From Trichinella spiralis (Eukaryota), in the NCBI RefSeq assembly GCF_000181795.1, contig NW_003526945.1, positions 3,171,513 through 3,235,512 on the forward strand: a stretch of 64,000 nucleotides of DNA, read 5' to 3'. The position numbers and the translations under genes are program-made. The first letter of the stretch is position 1. Every line of letters begins with the position of its first letter. Below, piece after piece: positions 40,772 to 54,701 of the stretch. The notes under the pieces were generated by a model. It searched no databases, was not told where the DNA came from, and saw nothing but the letters and a program-made list of their open reading frames with translations.

Positions 40772-42071
40772 ATTGAACAACTTTTGATGCAAATTTGATG
40801 AACAACGATGAATCATCATCAAAAGCGGCATCATCATCATCAATCGTTTCAATCATTTTCTAGTATTTTTCTTCTTCTTTTTATTCTTCTTCTTCTTATT
40901 ATTATTTACTACAACAGTTGAAATGTGATTTTTATGGAAAACTACTGAACAACAACAACAACAACTTAACCTTTCTTTATTCATTTATTGTTTTTTTTTC
41001 ATTTTACAAAAAGTCTTTCTATCCATCCGTTTTAACGCTTTCACCGTGTTCTTATGGGGTCCCAGATATTTTTCTTTCTACTCTTCTGGGGGAATACTGG
41101 GCAAACGGCAGTGGAACTCTGTGGCCGTGTTGTCTTGTGTGTTGTGCTGTGCTGTGCTGTATGGGATGATCCATTGATTTGAAATGTTTATTGCATCAGA
41201 AAGGAATGTTTTTCCAGTTTTTTTTTCTCAAATTTCCTTCTCACTTTTTTCTTTCAATTTTTTACTTTTCTCTCCCATGCTTTACGCAGGCAAATTGTGG
41301 CGACAATATATTACTGATGCACCGATCGATGATTCCAAAATCATCACCAGTGTCGTCAATAGTTGTTGTTGCTTGACTATCAATATTTTCTGATGATGAT
41401 TCTTATTCTTTTTTTCCCTTTGTTACGGTACATCTTGTCTTTCCATTCGGTCCACAGTGTGGAGATACTGTTTTGCTTATCTTTTTAGCTTGCGTTAAAG
41501 ACGCAAATCACAACAATTACACCATCATCATCATCATTATTATTATCATTATTTATTTATTTATTGTCATTATTATGTTGTTACTAATTGGCAAAGCTGT
41601 GTATGTAGTTTCAAAAAAAAAATTTTTTTTCTCTTCTTATTCTTCGTCCTCCTCCAACTTTCAACATGTTTCGCACAAATTCACCTTACTTGTCTTTGAT
41701 GTTTTTTCTCTCTGTTGGTTGACGCAGCATATTTTGCCCGTGTTTACGCTTGACTGGTTTGTGTTTACGCACGCGCCAATGCAGCGAACGCTCGAATTTT
41801 CATTTCATTTTACAATTCCCATCTATTCATTTGATTATTATTATACACATTATATTACTATTACACTATTATTATTATTATTACTATTATTATTCGCATT
41901 TTACGCCATTTCATTCACATTCATTTATTATGTTCTCTCTCTTTTTTTCTTCTTCTTCTTTACAGTAACTAACCGTTTATTCGATTCTATTGAAAAGAAA
42001 AAAAAATTGATGATTCATTAATTTAGAAGTTAGAGAAAAAAAACAATACAGTTTCTAATGGAAAGTTTTGA

Positions 42072-42077
42072 AATAAA
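42072..42077 (+). promoter_or_regulatory. Putative polyadenylation signal of the CPEB gene
   Basis: AATAAA about 1.3 kb after the CPEB stop and just short of the convergent MRPL9 stop at 42163. Confidence 0.5.
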
Positions 42078-42162
42078 GTTTCTGTGAAATGCAGATGAAA
42101 CTTGCGCGGTGTTTTGACGATCAAGTTGATCAACTGAAATTTACAAACAAAACAAATTTAAT

Positions 42163-43414
42163 TTAATTTTCTATTCTACTTTGCATGAATTTGAATATTT
42201 CTTCGTCGGTTAAGGACAATTCAATTTCACTGTTGTATATTTGTTCGGGTACAATTTCGCAAACTTTCAACTCTTCTTCACTGGCAACGTGCGGATCCAA
42301 GCCGGGCATGATCAACTTTTTGGCCATCTTGTTGCTGACTTGCTGAATTCGACCGACCATCGGCACGACAATGTGCTTGTTCACCTGCGTTGTTCGAATG
42401 AAAATTTGCATAATTATCAGCGAAATTCAACACTACCACAACATAGAAACGAAACAATTTCGCTTCGAGATCCAAATTCGGTCCGACAATTCGATGCAAC
42501 GGCAAAACTATACAGTCGTCCGGAACCATGAAACCCTTGAAACGGAAAATGAAAGTTTTCTGTTTTTTTTTCTTTTTGATTTCTCTTTGCAAAAAGAACA
42601 AACTTGAAGTCTCATCGATACTCGAAGATGCCATTTTTCCAGCGTCCACTCGTTGTCCAAACTCATGTTGACAATGACCACCATCGAGTGCAACTCTTTC
42701 GACGTTCGCAGTTCAAAGCTCAGCTTCTTCTGACCCCGCTTGGACATTTGCTAAAAAATTCAACAACAACAACAACAAATGGCTAGGAAAATTGTGCAAA
42801 AGTTGTGCATCCCAATTTTCACCTCGTCGGTGATGTTGTACAAACGGCGGTTGAATTTCGTCGGATAAACTGCCAACTTCAACGGAAGCAATTCATTGTG
42901 CAATATTTCCGACGAAACGGTGATCACTTCGCCTGCTTTTCCATAACCTGAAATGATATACTGTTGAAAAAGAGAAGAGAAACTCCACAATCAACCGTTC
43001 TTTCACAACACCTTCCACATCCTGAGTGAGAATGACCGCGACGTCGGGCCGAGAACCATCTCCATCCTCTTGAATCACCTCGTAATGTTGGAATTGTTCT
43101 TTTTCGTCCGGCGATCTCTGCTCACGTCCGGCAACTGTAGCCGGAAAATAATGCGCGTGCTGGAGTACCCACGTACGCTTTGAAAAAAAAAGCGATTAAT
43201 ATAGTACCACCAGCAAACAACCAACTGAAACACTTCACCAGAACAAAAATCATTTAAACCACCCCAATCACCACTATTTACTAATGATTAACAAAAAACA
43301 ATTGCCCATATTCTGATGAACACAAAATAAAAACCAAATAATAATTAAAGTTACCCGAACGAATGTTCGAAAATTCGTCGACATCCGGTCGAACAGTCGA
43401 AGCAAACTGTGCAT
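42163..43414 (-). CDS. mrpl-9: Mitochondrial ribosomal protein L9 (bL9m)
   Basis: Basic amphipathic presequence MHSLLRLFDRMSTNFRTFVR. L9 N-domain VILTQDVE|GYGKAGEVITV...NELLPLKLAVY, then MSLDNEWTLEKWHLRVS and IVGPNLDLEAKLFRFYVVV. The ATG is directly preceded by TTTTAAG, a possible trans-splice acceptor. Confidence 0.88.
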
Positions 43415-44216
43415 CTTAAAACAAACTAAAAAGCAAAAAGTTATCTTTCAAACTTGCACGACCAATACTGAATATTGAAGATAAAATTGAAGAGAAATGA
43501 AATAAAACACACACAAAAAAGAAACATTTTCCGTCGAATTTGCATCAATTGCTACTTGCTACCGTATGATGGAAATCACGTTCATTGCAGTGGAGAAATT
43601 TGAAAATTGAAATCATTTCTACAAGAAAAAAGGTCTTTTGGCAAATTTTAAATTATCCCAATTTATAAAACGTAGTACATTTTCACCCATCCATCTCTTT
43701 TCATCGTCGAGTCAAAAGCCGAAAGTTGATGTTCGAACAAAATTTTCCAATCAGAAAACAAACACAACAACAAAAATTCACTTCAAAATATAAAATAATC
43801 TGTCAGTGTCCTATTTTTCACATTTACATTTTTGTGAAATCAAACAAACAACAAAATCTATTACGGTAAAAAATTCAATTGATGACGTAGCATTTTTTCA
43901 TGTTTGATTTGTTTCAAACACAAATGAACAATTTAAAATTGTATTATTCTACAAATAAAACTAGTTTTAATGTAAAAATTAAATTTATACCAACAAATTG
44001 TTCGAATAATTCAAAGTACAGTATGATTATATTGAAAACTGTAAAAATGTACCTTTATTTTTTATTTGCATACTGTGTTTCACTTTGGTTCCTTTTTAGT
44101 GGTGATCGGCGGTTGGTTAATTTTACTTTCGCAGTGTTTATCGAGTTGCTTTGCTATAATTGAAAATTTCCATTGTTATTCATATTAATTTCAGCTGTAA
44201 TATTATCAAAGAGACG

Positions 44217-44848
44217 ATGAATCCTACTGAACAAATTCTGGGCGAATTTGGCGATGGCAGAGTGGTGAAAATGTTGGCCGACTTGTCCAAAGAGGTGGAG
44301 CAAGTTAAATTGGAAGCGGAACGATTGATTTCAGTATGTTAAACTGTGATGAATTCTTTTCTTCTTCTTCTCCCTCTTAAACGTTCATTTCAAGGACGAA
44401 ATGTTTGCCGCCGCGCTGGAAAAGTTGTGTGATATGGAGAGACGAACTCGATTGGTAATTGGAAAAAATGATAATTCTCTTTTCAGTCGTTGTCATTTTG
44501 ACAGCGCTAGATTTATATGATAATTTGGTGTGAGATATTTCTTTCTATTTCAGTCTGCGGACATGAACTCGAACGCGACTGTCCAAGTGAACATTGTTTC
44601 GGTTTGTTTCAGCGAGAAACAGTACGACATCCTGAAAGAACAAATCATTGCTTTGAGCAAGAAGCGATCTCTCATGAAATATGTAATTTTTAAATATATT
44701 TCAAATGACTATTTGAATATTTAGCTTCTGTCATTTTCAGGCGAACAGCAAAATGGTTCAAGCGTGTGTCGAGTTGATGCCGTCAGTTTCGTGCAAAAAA
44801 GCTAAATTCGAGTTGATTGAAACTTTGCGAAAAACAACTGAAGGAAAA

Positions 44849-44886
<38 letters not shown>

Positions 44887-45506
44887 TCAGTGAATGGTGT
44901 GTAAAAGAATTTTTCGATCAACTATTTCCATTGATTGTAGATTTACGTTGAAGTTGAACGTGCCCGTTTGACGCACATGTTATCCCAAATGAAGGAAGAA
45001 GATGGCGACATCGAAGGTGCAGTGAAAGTTCTGTTGGAGTTGCAGGTACTTTTGAAGAATAAGCAAATATGTATTTTTATTTTTCTAATTTTTATTGGTT
45101 TTATATTGAATCGTGTGGTTCGATGGAAAAACCGGAGAAAGTGTTCTTCTTGCTGGAACAGTTGCGCTTGTGCATATTGCGAAATGATTTTGTGCGCTCG
45201 ACGATCATCGCGAAAAAGATTTCTCCAAAATTTTTCAAAAGTGACATCATATCGAAAGTAAATTTGTCAATTTGCTTCTCAATTTCACAAAACAGTCGAT
45301 GTGATAGTAGTTTTGTTTCTTGTTTTTATAGCATCAAGATTTGAAGTTCAAATATTACAAGTTGATGATCTTGTTGGATTTGTACAACAAGAACTACGTG
45401 GGTGTCAGCAATCATTATTACAATTTAAGTGAAACTGAGACATTTCACGATAAAGCAAAAATTGTCACCGTAAGATTTTCTTTTTTTTTCTTGTACTTGA
45501 TTGTTA

Positions 45507-45538
<32 letters not shown>

Positions 45539-46742
45539 TTTTATTTCTCGTTTATCAGTATTTTACATCAGCGTGTAACTATCTATCCATGTTTTTAGAT
45601 TATTAAACAAATTGTATGCAATTTTTCAATGCCAAAATCTTTTTTTAAAATTGTAGTTTTTGAAAAATGCCGTCGTTTATGCTATACTGGCACCGTACAG
45701 CGCGGAGCAGTGGTCGACGATCAGTCGTATGTCGGAGGATGATAATTTTGACCAAATTCCAAAATACAAGTATGAATGTATTTACCGCCTTTTTTTCGCT
45801 CGTAATAAATAGTTTTATTATTTTAGAGAGTTGGTGCAGTTGTTTATCAAGGAAGAAATTATATCTTGGAAGAAGGATATTTTGGGCGTTTACGATAAAT
45901 TGAAAGCGTGGAGTGTGTCTTCGACAGATTATGTAGAAGAGTACGTCGAATCGCAGGAGCATATTTTGGCCAATTTGGAACAGTTGCAATGTCGCGTGGG
46001 AGAGCATGTAAATTCAAATTTTGGTATTTAGATTTGATTTGACAAGTTGATTTGTTTTTAATTTTTCAGAATATGCGCATTGTCAGCAAATATTATTCGC
46101 GTATTTACTTGAATCGTATCGCTGAACTTGTTGATTGGAATGTTGAGGTAAGAAGTAGAAGAAGTAGTAGTAGTGGGATGAGGAAAAAAGCTTTAAAGTT
46201 GATATTACTCTGTTTGGAGGAACCGTTCTGTTTATTTATTTGTTTGTTTGTTTGTTCGTTTCGTTTAGAAAACTGAAGAGTTCTTGTGCAAGTTGATTGT
46301 CAATGGTACAATTCCGTTGGCGAAAATTTGTCGTCCGACTGGGGTGGTGAATTTTGTGCCGAAAAAGAAATCCCAAGAAGAGTTGGACGATTGGGCCGTG
46401 GGTACTGTAGATGTGATGGAGAAGATCAACAAAGTGACTCATTTGATTTTGAAAGAGCGAATGATGTACAAGAATGTGCATTCGTTTTGTGAAGAAGAGG
46501 ACAGTGACGAGGAAGATTGGTTCACTGATACTTTGTTCAAGCGTCAGAGTAGTGAATATGAAGACGATTTTGACGATACGGATGAAAACACCGAAGATAT
46601 GTACGTCGAAGTCGATGAAACGACGTCGGAAAGTTTGAGCGAAAGTGAATTGAAAGCGATCGAATCCGAAATGGAAAAAAAATCAGTAGAACCGGACAAA
46701 ACATCCGAGGTGGAAGTGGTATTCGATCGACCATTTTTTTAA
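44217..46742 (+). CDS. rpn-5: 26S proteasome lid subunit RPN5/PSMD12, divergent, with an acidic C-terminal extension
   Basis: GDGRVVKM, ERRTRLSADM, LSKKRS..K.A..KMVQ, LIETLRKTTEGK|IYVEVERARLT, LELQ|IESCGSMEK.EKV.F.LEQ.RLC, RVGEH|NMRIVSKYYSRI, AKICRPTGVVNF, HLILKERM. One intron (45046-45104) lacks a usable AG. Confidence 0.92.
44850..44887. repeat. (TAA)n microsatellite at the 5' end of an RPN5 intron
   Basis: About 12 TAA units immediately after the GT donor. Confidence 0.9.
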
Positions 46743-48821
46743 TTTTTTTTTACTTATTCATAAAAAAGGTAATTTTCTGATTTGGTCTGAGTGAGAATTA
46801 CAACGTGAAAAGAAAACCAGATATACGACAAAAATTTATTCCATCACAACTATAGGTAGTAATTAATAAAGAAAAAATTGAAAGGAAATTTTTCGCTTTG
46901 GAAAGTATTTCAATTTTTGAAATTAATCGACAAAAGCGCATATTTAAACTAATTAATCATTTGATGTTTGTTTAGTAAACTTCTTTGAAACGGTGCGAAG
47001 TACACAGGGCATTTCAAAACTCTCTGAACATGTTTATTGTCATTTGAGAAGAAGTGAGTTCGATTAGCATTTTATGCAAAATTGATTTCTCGTATGATGA
47101 TTTGCTCTGTTTAATGCACCAATCAAAAGTAAATACAATTATTATTATTAATAGTAGCAAATTGTGTGATTGAATCAATTTTGCATAACTTTGACTTGTA
47201 ATGTAAAAACTACAGGAAATTGAAAAACCGGTTTCGAATAAGTTGAGGAGGAGGAGGAGGAGGTGAGTTTGGTATTTTAATTGAAAATTGTGTATTTTTG
47301 TTTTTATCCAGTTTCTTATGATAGTTAGAAAATGAACTTTTTACATGAACAACAAGTGATTTGTGGATTAATTTTTCAAGCAAACTTATATTTTGTACGC
47401 TTGAATGCTTTGGTGATTCGATTCAATTCGATTTATTATTATTATTTTTAATAAAAATCTTTTTAATAATGACATCATTCATCTGAAGAGGGATAATTTT
47501 TTCCATTTTAATTCTACCCAGTAAAACAAATAAAACAATTTGCAATATTTATTTCATTTGTTCGATAGAGTTCATTTCAATCTCAATTTATCGTATACTG
47601 TTTTTTATTTTCTGTTGTCCTATTCAATCAATTTTCCAAGCAACGCGCAAATATGAACATTGTAATAAAGCAATTTAAATAAATTATGCAATTCAACCGC
47701 ACCAAAGAGAACATTTTGTGACATGCTGAACTGACGACGACCATCGATCAGGGCCCGCGTTTTCCATTTCCACGCAAACAATGATCGTTGGAAAATTTTC
47801 CATTTCGCATTTTTTAATTTAAAAAAAAAGGATTTATTCTTTATCAATTTTCGCATCAGGGAAATTAAGTTTGCGATCGTCGGTTTGATCGAAAAAGTCG
47901 ACCCGAGACGGCCAAGCGTTCCATTTTATTTCATTTCAAAATCATTCCAATCTGGAAAAGAAAATTGAAATTTCTCCACTAGCAACAAGTTAATAATAAT
48001 TGTTCTTAAAGTTTATTTTTATAAAAGAAAAAAATTTTTTTTATTGTTTCGATTATTGTCTGTTTTTTTTTGTTTTCAATTTTTCCCACTGCACATTAAT
48101 GGGAAAAATTGAAATTACCTGCCGATCATTAGTCGGACTCTGTAGTGTTGGTTCGGTGTATAAAACTGGTTTTGAATATTTATTTGCAAATCGATGTAAA
48201 CACGACATTTGTTCATCCACTTCCGCTTGGCTAATGCGAACAGGCTGCTTTGTTCCCGTGAGCGATCACTTCAACACTGGGATTGTTCTGCTGACTCTGT
48301 GAGCGTTGTTTAATAATAAAAAAAATGCCACCCCAATTGGCAGCATGGGAAGAAGAGAAACGACAAATTTGATAGTCCATCTCTCTCTTTCTCTTTCTCT
48401 TTTTCTCTTGCCCATTGTTTTTGTTGTTCATGTTGTTGGTGTTTTAAACTGTTTAATATTTCATTCAGTTTAAAAAAAACAACACTGACAGTAGTCGTTT
48501 AATGAAAAGCAAGCTTGGCCGAAAGTGCACGAACGCTTGTCGTCGTCGTCGTCGTCGACACACGAACGGAGAAGCCGCTTGACGTGCTCAGCCGCTGTTT
48601 GTCTTTGTCTTCCACTGCCTGCTTCGACTGCTTTGCATTTTGAAATTATTTTGCATGCTTCATTTGGATTCTTTTCAAAGCATTGCTGTTCATCTTCTCT
48701 ACCACATCCAGAACCGAGCAGGCTAATTTGTCCAAATTTTACCTGCGTCCAAAGGTTCGAATGTTCCGTTGTTGATCCATAATGCTTGATAGTCAAGAAC
48801 AACAACATTTGACAAATTCAA

Positions 48822-51800
48822 ATGAATATGCTCAGACGACAGGTGTGTATTTCGCTTTTTTATTTCTTGTATTAAATGCAAATTTAAAATCACCCAACCA
48901 AGCAAAAAAAAAACCATTTTTCCATTCAGACATCGAACGATTCTGACAATTCGAGCGATTTGTCGTTGGAAGACGACCGTGAACGGGAAATTACCAGGCA
49001 GGATTTGGAAGAACGAGCCAGACAGCAACTGGAAAGAGCCAAAGTGAGCAAACTATAATCATAATGATAGGCTAATTTCTCGAAATAACAAAATTAAACT
49101 TGCAAACTGCAGACAACAACAATCGAATTTCAATTTACGACAACTTATTCAACTGTTGGAGTTGGATATTGTTGTTCAATTAATTGAACAGTTATCATCA
49201 TAATCATCATCATCATTATTATTATTATTATTTAACTGTCATTTCCTTCAATTCAAAAAAAAGAATTAACTTTCTTGTATTTTTTGATAAATATTTCAAA
49301 AAGTATCACGGTGAAGATTTATTATTCGTTTTTTATTCTTTCTTAATTTGAATGCAAAATTTCAAACATGACAAATTATCCAATTGATCAATTTCAGTTT
49401 CTTTTATTTTTTCAAAATTATACTGCTACTAAGGATGGAACTTTTTTTGAGACTATTTTTCGTAAAGCTTTCACGCAAAATCTGCCACTGGTGAAGGGAG
49501 GCACGAAGAGCAATAGAGAGAGAAGTTAGCCGAGCAGGATTAAGCCGCATAAAAGTGTTTTGCTGCCAAGTCAGATGAAACACATTTTCAACGGGTGGCA
49601 GCTGTTTTGCCCGGCCCAGCTGACGTAGAAAAGGTTCCTCTTCTTCTATTTTCAATGAAATACCACTTTTGCCAACTTTTCCAAATTTCGGTGCTTTTTC
49701 ATTCCAAATCATGGATCATCAAAAATATTCACTTTTGGTAACAAAAAAGCATACTTTTATTAAGCGTCATTTTGTTTTTTATCCAAATGATAAACCCACT
49801 GCTATTGTGGACGGATGGGATAATTAGATGAAGCTGAACGTTGGAAAAAAATGAACAATAAAGCCACAAATAAATACGTTGAAGCCCCATTATTGCCTAC
49901 TGTACTAGGGAAGAGACGTGGCAAAACCGGTTTTGCAAATTTGCAACTTTTTCAGTCAAAACAACAATTTTTCAAAAACCAAACCTCTCGCCAATCTACA
50001 GTAATTCAAATTTTGATACTGTAACAATAATAACTACAACTGTATAAATTGATGAGTTTGTTAATTTTGAAATTCAGCCATGTTTTTCTCGTTTCAGTAC
50101 AAGCCGGTCGCTTTTGCCGTTCGAACGAACGTCTCTTACGACGGTGCCAACGACGACGACTGTCCAGTGCACGGATGTGCCGTGTCGTTTGCAGTGAAAG
50201 ATTTCCTCCACATCAAAGAAGTATCCAGTGAAATTGTTGCAATTTTTTCAGTACAACTTTTGTCTTACTTGAAAATTGTTTTTCTTTTCTCACCCAGAAA
50301 TACAGTAACAATTGGTGGATTGGTCGTTTGGTCAAAGAAGGTGCGGATATTGGCTTCGTACCGTCGCCGACCCGCCTCGAGCACTTCCGTGTGCACAGTT
50401 CCAAAGGATTGGGCTCTAAATTGTACGATTGTGGAGGAATTGGAAATTTTGAAATTTGCAATATTTTCTTTTTCAGCAACTTTTAATTTTCCATCTTTTG
50501 TTTTCTCTATTTCCAGCAAGCAGAGCAATTCACTGTCAAGTCTCGGTGGCACGTTGGACAAAGCAAAATCATGGCAATCGAATAGTCGCGGTTCCACTCC
50601 ACCAACTCCGGGTATGATTTTGCTTTTCAACAATGATGATGATGATTTTTATTTTTCTATTTTCAGGTGCTGAACTTGACGATGTGCTTCCAAGCACACC
50701 AGAAGAAGGCGAATTGGCCAATTCGAAAGGAAAATCCAGTCACACATCCAAAGATAAAATGAAACAACTATTTAAAAAGGTTTTAATAAATAAGCGTTTT
50801 TGATTATTAATAATAATGGAATTTTGAGTTGATTTTGTAACGAATTTCTGTTCAGCAAGACAGTGTGCAACCGTATGAAGTGGTTCCCACAATGCGGCCG
50901 GTTGTTCTCGTCGGACCTTCGTTGAAAGGTTACGAAGTGACGGATATGATGCAGAAGGCAATTTTTGATTTTTTGAAGCATCGATTCGAAGGCAGGTAAA
51001 GCGAAAATTAAAATTACTTTTTCAATGCGCTGTATCAATTAATTATTTGTTTTTTCATCGTTCGACTTTTCATTACATTTCAAATGTTTGCTTCAAATTA
51101 TCATATTGGCCTATTTTTCATCAGTTCATATTTAATTATCAGCTTGAATTTTATCATATAACAATTCCTATTCAATAATACGAGTTCATAATTTTGCTAT
51201 CCGTCTATTTCATTTTTTTAAAAAATTTTCATACTTTCTTCATTCCAATGTTCACACAGGTTGGGTTAATTTCTAGACGTTGTTCAAGCGGTTTATTTGG
51301 ACAAATGAATTTCTCTGTTTAATTAATAATAATAATAATAATTAGTATTATTATTATCCTTCACTACAAATGAATAAATTTAAATTATTCAACAATTAAT
51401 AATGAAAATTAAAAGTTGTGCAGCGAATTGTTTGAGAATCAGTGAAAGTTTGTATAATTAAAGAAAAAAAAGAAGAAAGAATAATAAGAAAAAGAGGTAT
51501 TTTTTTCTCTAAAACTCTTTCACATTGTTTGCTCTTGTTTTGAAAGTCAACTGCTTCTCATCAATCTGGGTGACGTCAGATGACGACGCTACGGCTATTG
51601 GTACATTCTTTCAATTCTTCAGTTTAATGTTTCTCTCTCTCGGTTGCACAAAGGCTAAACATGCTTGACTGGGGGGAGGGGGAAGGGGAGAAATTTGCTT
51701 CATCAAACACTGATCAAGATTTGCTTGATTGTAATATACTGCTTTTTTGGATTTGGGTTGGAAGTTGATCAAGATGTTGTGTTTGTTAGAAATTTCAATT

Positions 51801-54701
51801 CCGGGTTTGAAAACTGTGGAGACAATTGATTTGCTTTTTTCTTTTTCATCTAACAAGCAGGCAGGCGAAATAAATAAAATAACCAAGGCTATCAAAATTC
51901 GACACGTGGCAGTCGCTTTTACGTTTCCATGTGAAAATAAATCTTCTTCTTCTTTCTTCTTCTTCCTTTTCTCAATTTTCTCAAGTCTTCAGTTGTGAAA
52001 AAAAATATTTCAAAAAAGAAATAAGCAATAAGCATGAAGTTAATGAATAAGAAGACAACAACGTCACTTTGTATGTTTGTTTTGTTTACATTAAATTAAA
52101 CATTTGAAAATAAAGCTAGGCAAAATTCTATTTGATTGAACAATTTTTCAAAAAATCTATCCAAATCAACGACAACGATGACAAACAAACAGACAAACAA
52201 ATCTGTGCACAAGTACAGTATGATTGGGATAATTTTGCCGTTTGAAAATTTCTTTGCCATTCTTATCATTTTCCACTGCAAAATGCTTCTTTATTTCACT
52301 TTCAATTTTCTTTTCTTCCCTTTTTTTATACTGATCATTGAAAAACCACTTGATTTTATTCGCACACTGACGTACGCGTATTTTACACATTTATATTTAT
52401 GCTTATGCGTGTGGTGTTGTTGTTTGAAATGAAAAATCAAATAACTCCGGCAAAGTGGTCGAAAAATTAACTTGCTCGAAGAGTAGAAAGCAATTGCTCG
52501 GCTTTATTGTTCCCAGTGAAAATTTGTAGAGAATTAGGCAAGAATTTATTTCGCCAAATTATACATGGGATGGCTTTCGGCGTTGCTTTTTAATTAGCAC
52601 GGCAAATGGCGACCACGGCCTGTGCCCGGTGCCAATTATTAATTTATTGCCATCGTATGTCCAGTGTTTGGCAAAATTTCAGAGCAAAAAGCCCAACTGC
52701 ACACACACACACACACACCACAACAACAACAACAAGTGCATCGAATTTCAAAATTCAACCTCACACGTATGCTGTTGAATAGTAAATGATTTTCAGGGTG
52801 GTATTTTGAAAATTTTAAAAATAATAAATTGGAAACTTTTTTTTCTTACTGTTGCCCTTTATTGTTTTTAATATTATACTTTTTGTTTGCTGATTTTCCA
52901 TTTCGGAAACGTATATGAGGGAACATTTCCAACGGAAAGCAAACACTTGCAACAATTGCAACTTTTTTCTTTTTTTTACATTTCTTAAGCACGTTGTGTT
53001 TTATTACTATTATTATCATTATTATTATAAATAAAGATAGATTGATGAATGGATGTCAAAGTAGAGTCGTGTAAGCTTTTCTATCAATGCATGCGGAGCA
53101 GCAGCTGTTGAAAATACTTTTTCTGTTGTCAGTGTTTTCTAATAATTGAAGTAAATAATGATAAATAAAATATTGAAGAAAAAAAGCAACTTTTTTTGCT
53201 TTATAATTTCAAAATTCATGTTGCATATTGTTTGATTGGTTTTAGAATAATTATCACACGAATCAGTGTCGATCTATCGTTGGCCAAACGTTCCTATAGC
53301 CATCCTTCGAAACGGGTTTTGATTGAAAAGTCCAATTCCAGATCAAGCAATGCTCTAGGTAGTGGCATATTTAATGTATATATATATATTTTTTGGTCTT
53401 TTTATTCTAATTATTCCAAAATGCTTTTTATTCTTAGCCGAAGTTCAAAGTGAGGTGGAGAGAATTTTCGAATTGGCTCGTTCGATGCAGTTGGTCGTTT
53501 TGGACTGCGACACGGTCAATCATCCTTCACAGTTGACCAAAACTGCTCTGGCACCGTTGTTTGTGTTCATAAAAATCAGCTCACCCAAAGTGTTGCAGAG
53601 GCTGGTCAAATCTCGTGGCAAATCACAAAGTCGAAACATGAGCGTGCAAATGGTTGCTGCCGAAAAATTGGCCCAATGTCCACAGGTATGTTGTCTTTTT
53701 TGTATTTAAATAAATAATAATTTCTGTTCATTTTCTTTTTTTTGTAAATCAATTTCCATATCTTGCAATTGTAATATTTCTTCCATTGATATTATTGGTT
53801 TTTTACGATACCAACGAGTTAATTCATCTTGAATATCATATACTGTAAATATTAAGGTAGGTGTAATTGGGAGAAAATTGAAAGTGCATTTAAAATCGTA
53901 AAGTTTGCATTTGAAATTTTCTACTTATCATTTACTTTTAATTTTTTTCAAATTTTCAAGAATTAATTTTACAAAAATTTACTTTTACAACTTTAGTTTA
54001 GTTCAGTTCAGTTCAGATCAAGAGGCTGCTGCTGAATTTAATTTGATTTCATTTTAGGAACTGTTCGACTTGATTTTAGACGAAAATCAATTGGATGACG
54101 CATGCGAACACATTGCCGAATATTTGGAAGGATACTGGCGAGCTACACATCCACCGGTTAAATCACCGCCGAGAATTCGAAGAAATTTTGATCGTTACGA
54201 ATTTCCCGTTTTTACACTATTTCAACAGCAGCCACTAGTTCCAGGATTGCAAAGCAAGGTTTGTTTGAAATGATGCTCTGAGATGATTGTTGTTTGCCTA
54301 CTATTTTGAACAAACAAATAGTTAAACATTGAATGTTAAACTGGTGTTGTTGAATGGGCAAATAGACAAATTTGATTGATACTGATTTTTGTGCAAGTGA
54401 ATCGTTCAGTTTTTCCCTTCATATATGCTGTTGGAGGTTTGATAATTGTGAGCTGTGTATGTTGTGATTGTAATTTCAGGAAGTCAAGGTGCAGCGTTCG
54501 CATACGGTTGCAGCAGATGTTGCGAAGAAAAAGTCACAGTCTGATGTGGAAGATGACGCCAGCGTTGGGAGCAGAATGAACGACTCCCAAGATTTGTACG
54601 GCATGTCCAACGTCGGTCAACGACCCAACAGCCTAGTCCCTGGTCAGGGTATTGCCCACGTTCCGACTCCTGCAATCATACAGGGTGCTTTGAGAAAATG
54701 A
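48822..54701 (+). CDS. ccb-1: Voltage-gated calcium channel beta subunit (SH3-HOOK-GK)
   Basis: [10 protein letters not shown]...[132 protein letters not shown]. The 5' start is uncertain. Confidence 0.95.
51571..51585. promoter_or_regulatory. CRE (TGACGTCA) plus an adjacent TGACG half-site in the large ccb-1 intron
   Basis: TGACGTCA at 51571-51578 and TGACG at 51581-51585. Function is not shown. Confidence 0.3.

Noticed and set aside
41473..42021. 182-aa hydrophobic ORF
   Set aside because: A TTG-started product of T-rich microsatellites in the CPEB 3'UTR.
50221..50298. ccb-1 intron starting GTATCC, a possible U12-type intron
   Set aside because: It continues AG rather than TT and has no TCCTTAAC branch point, so it is best read as U2-type. 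No convincing U12 intron was seen in the window.
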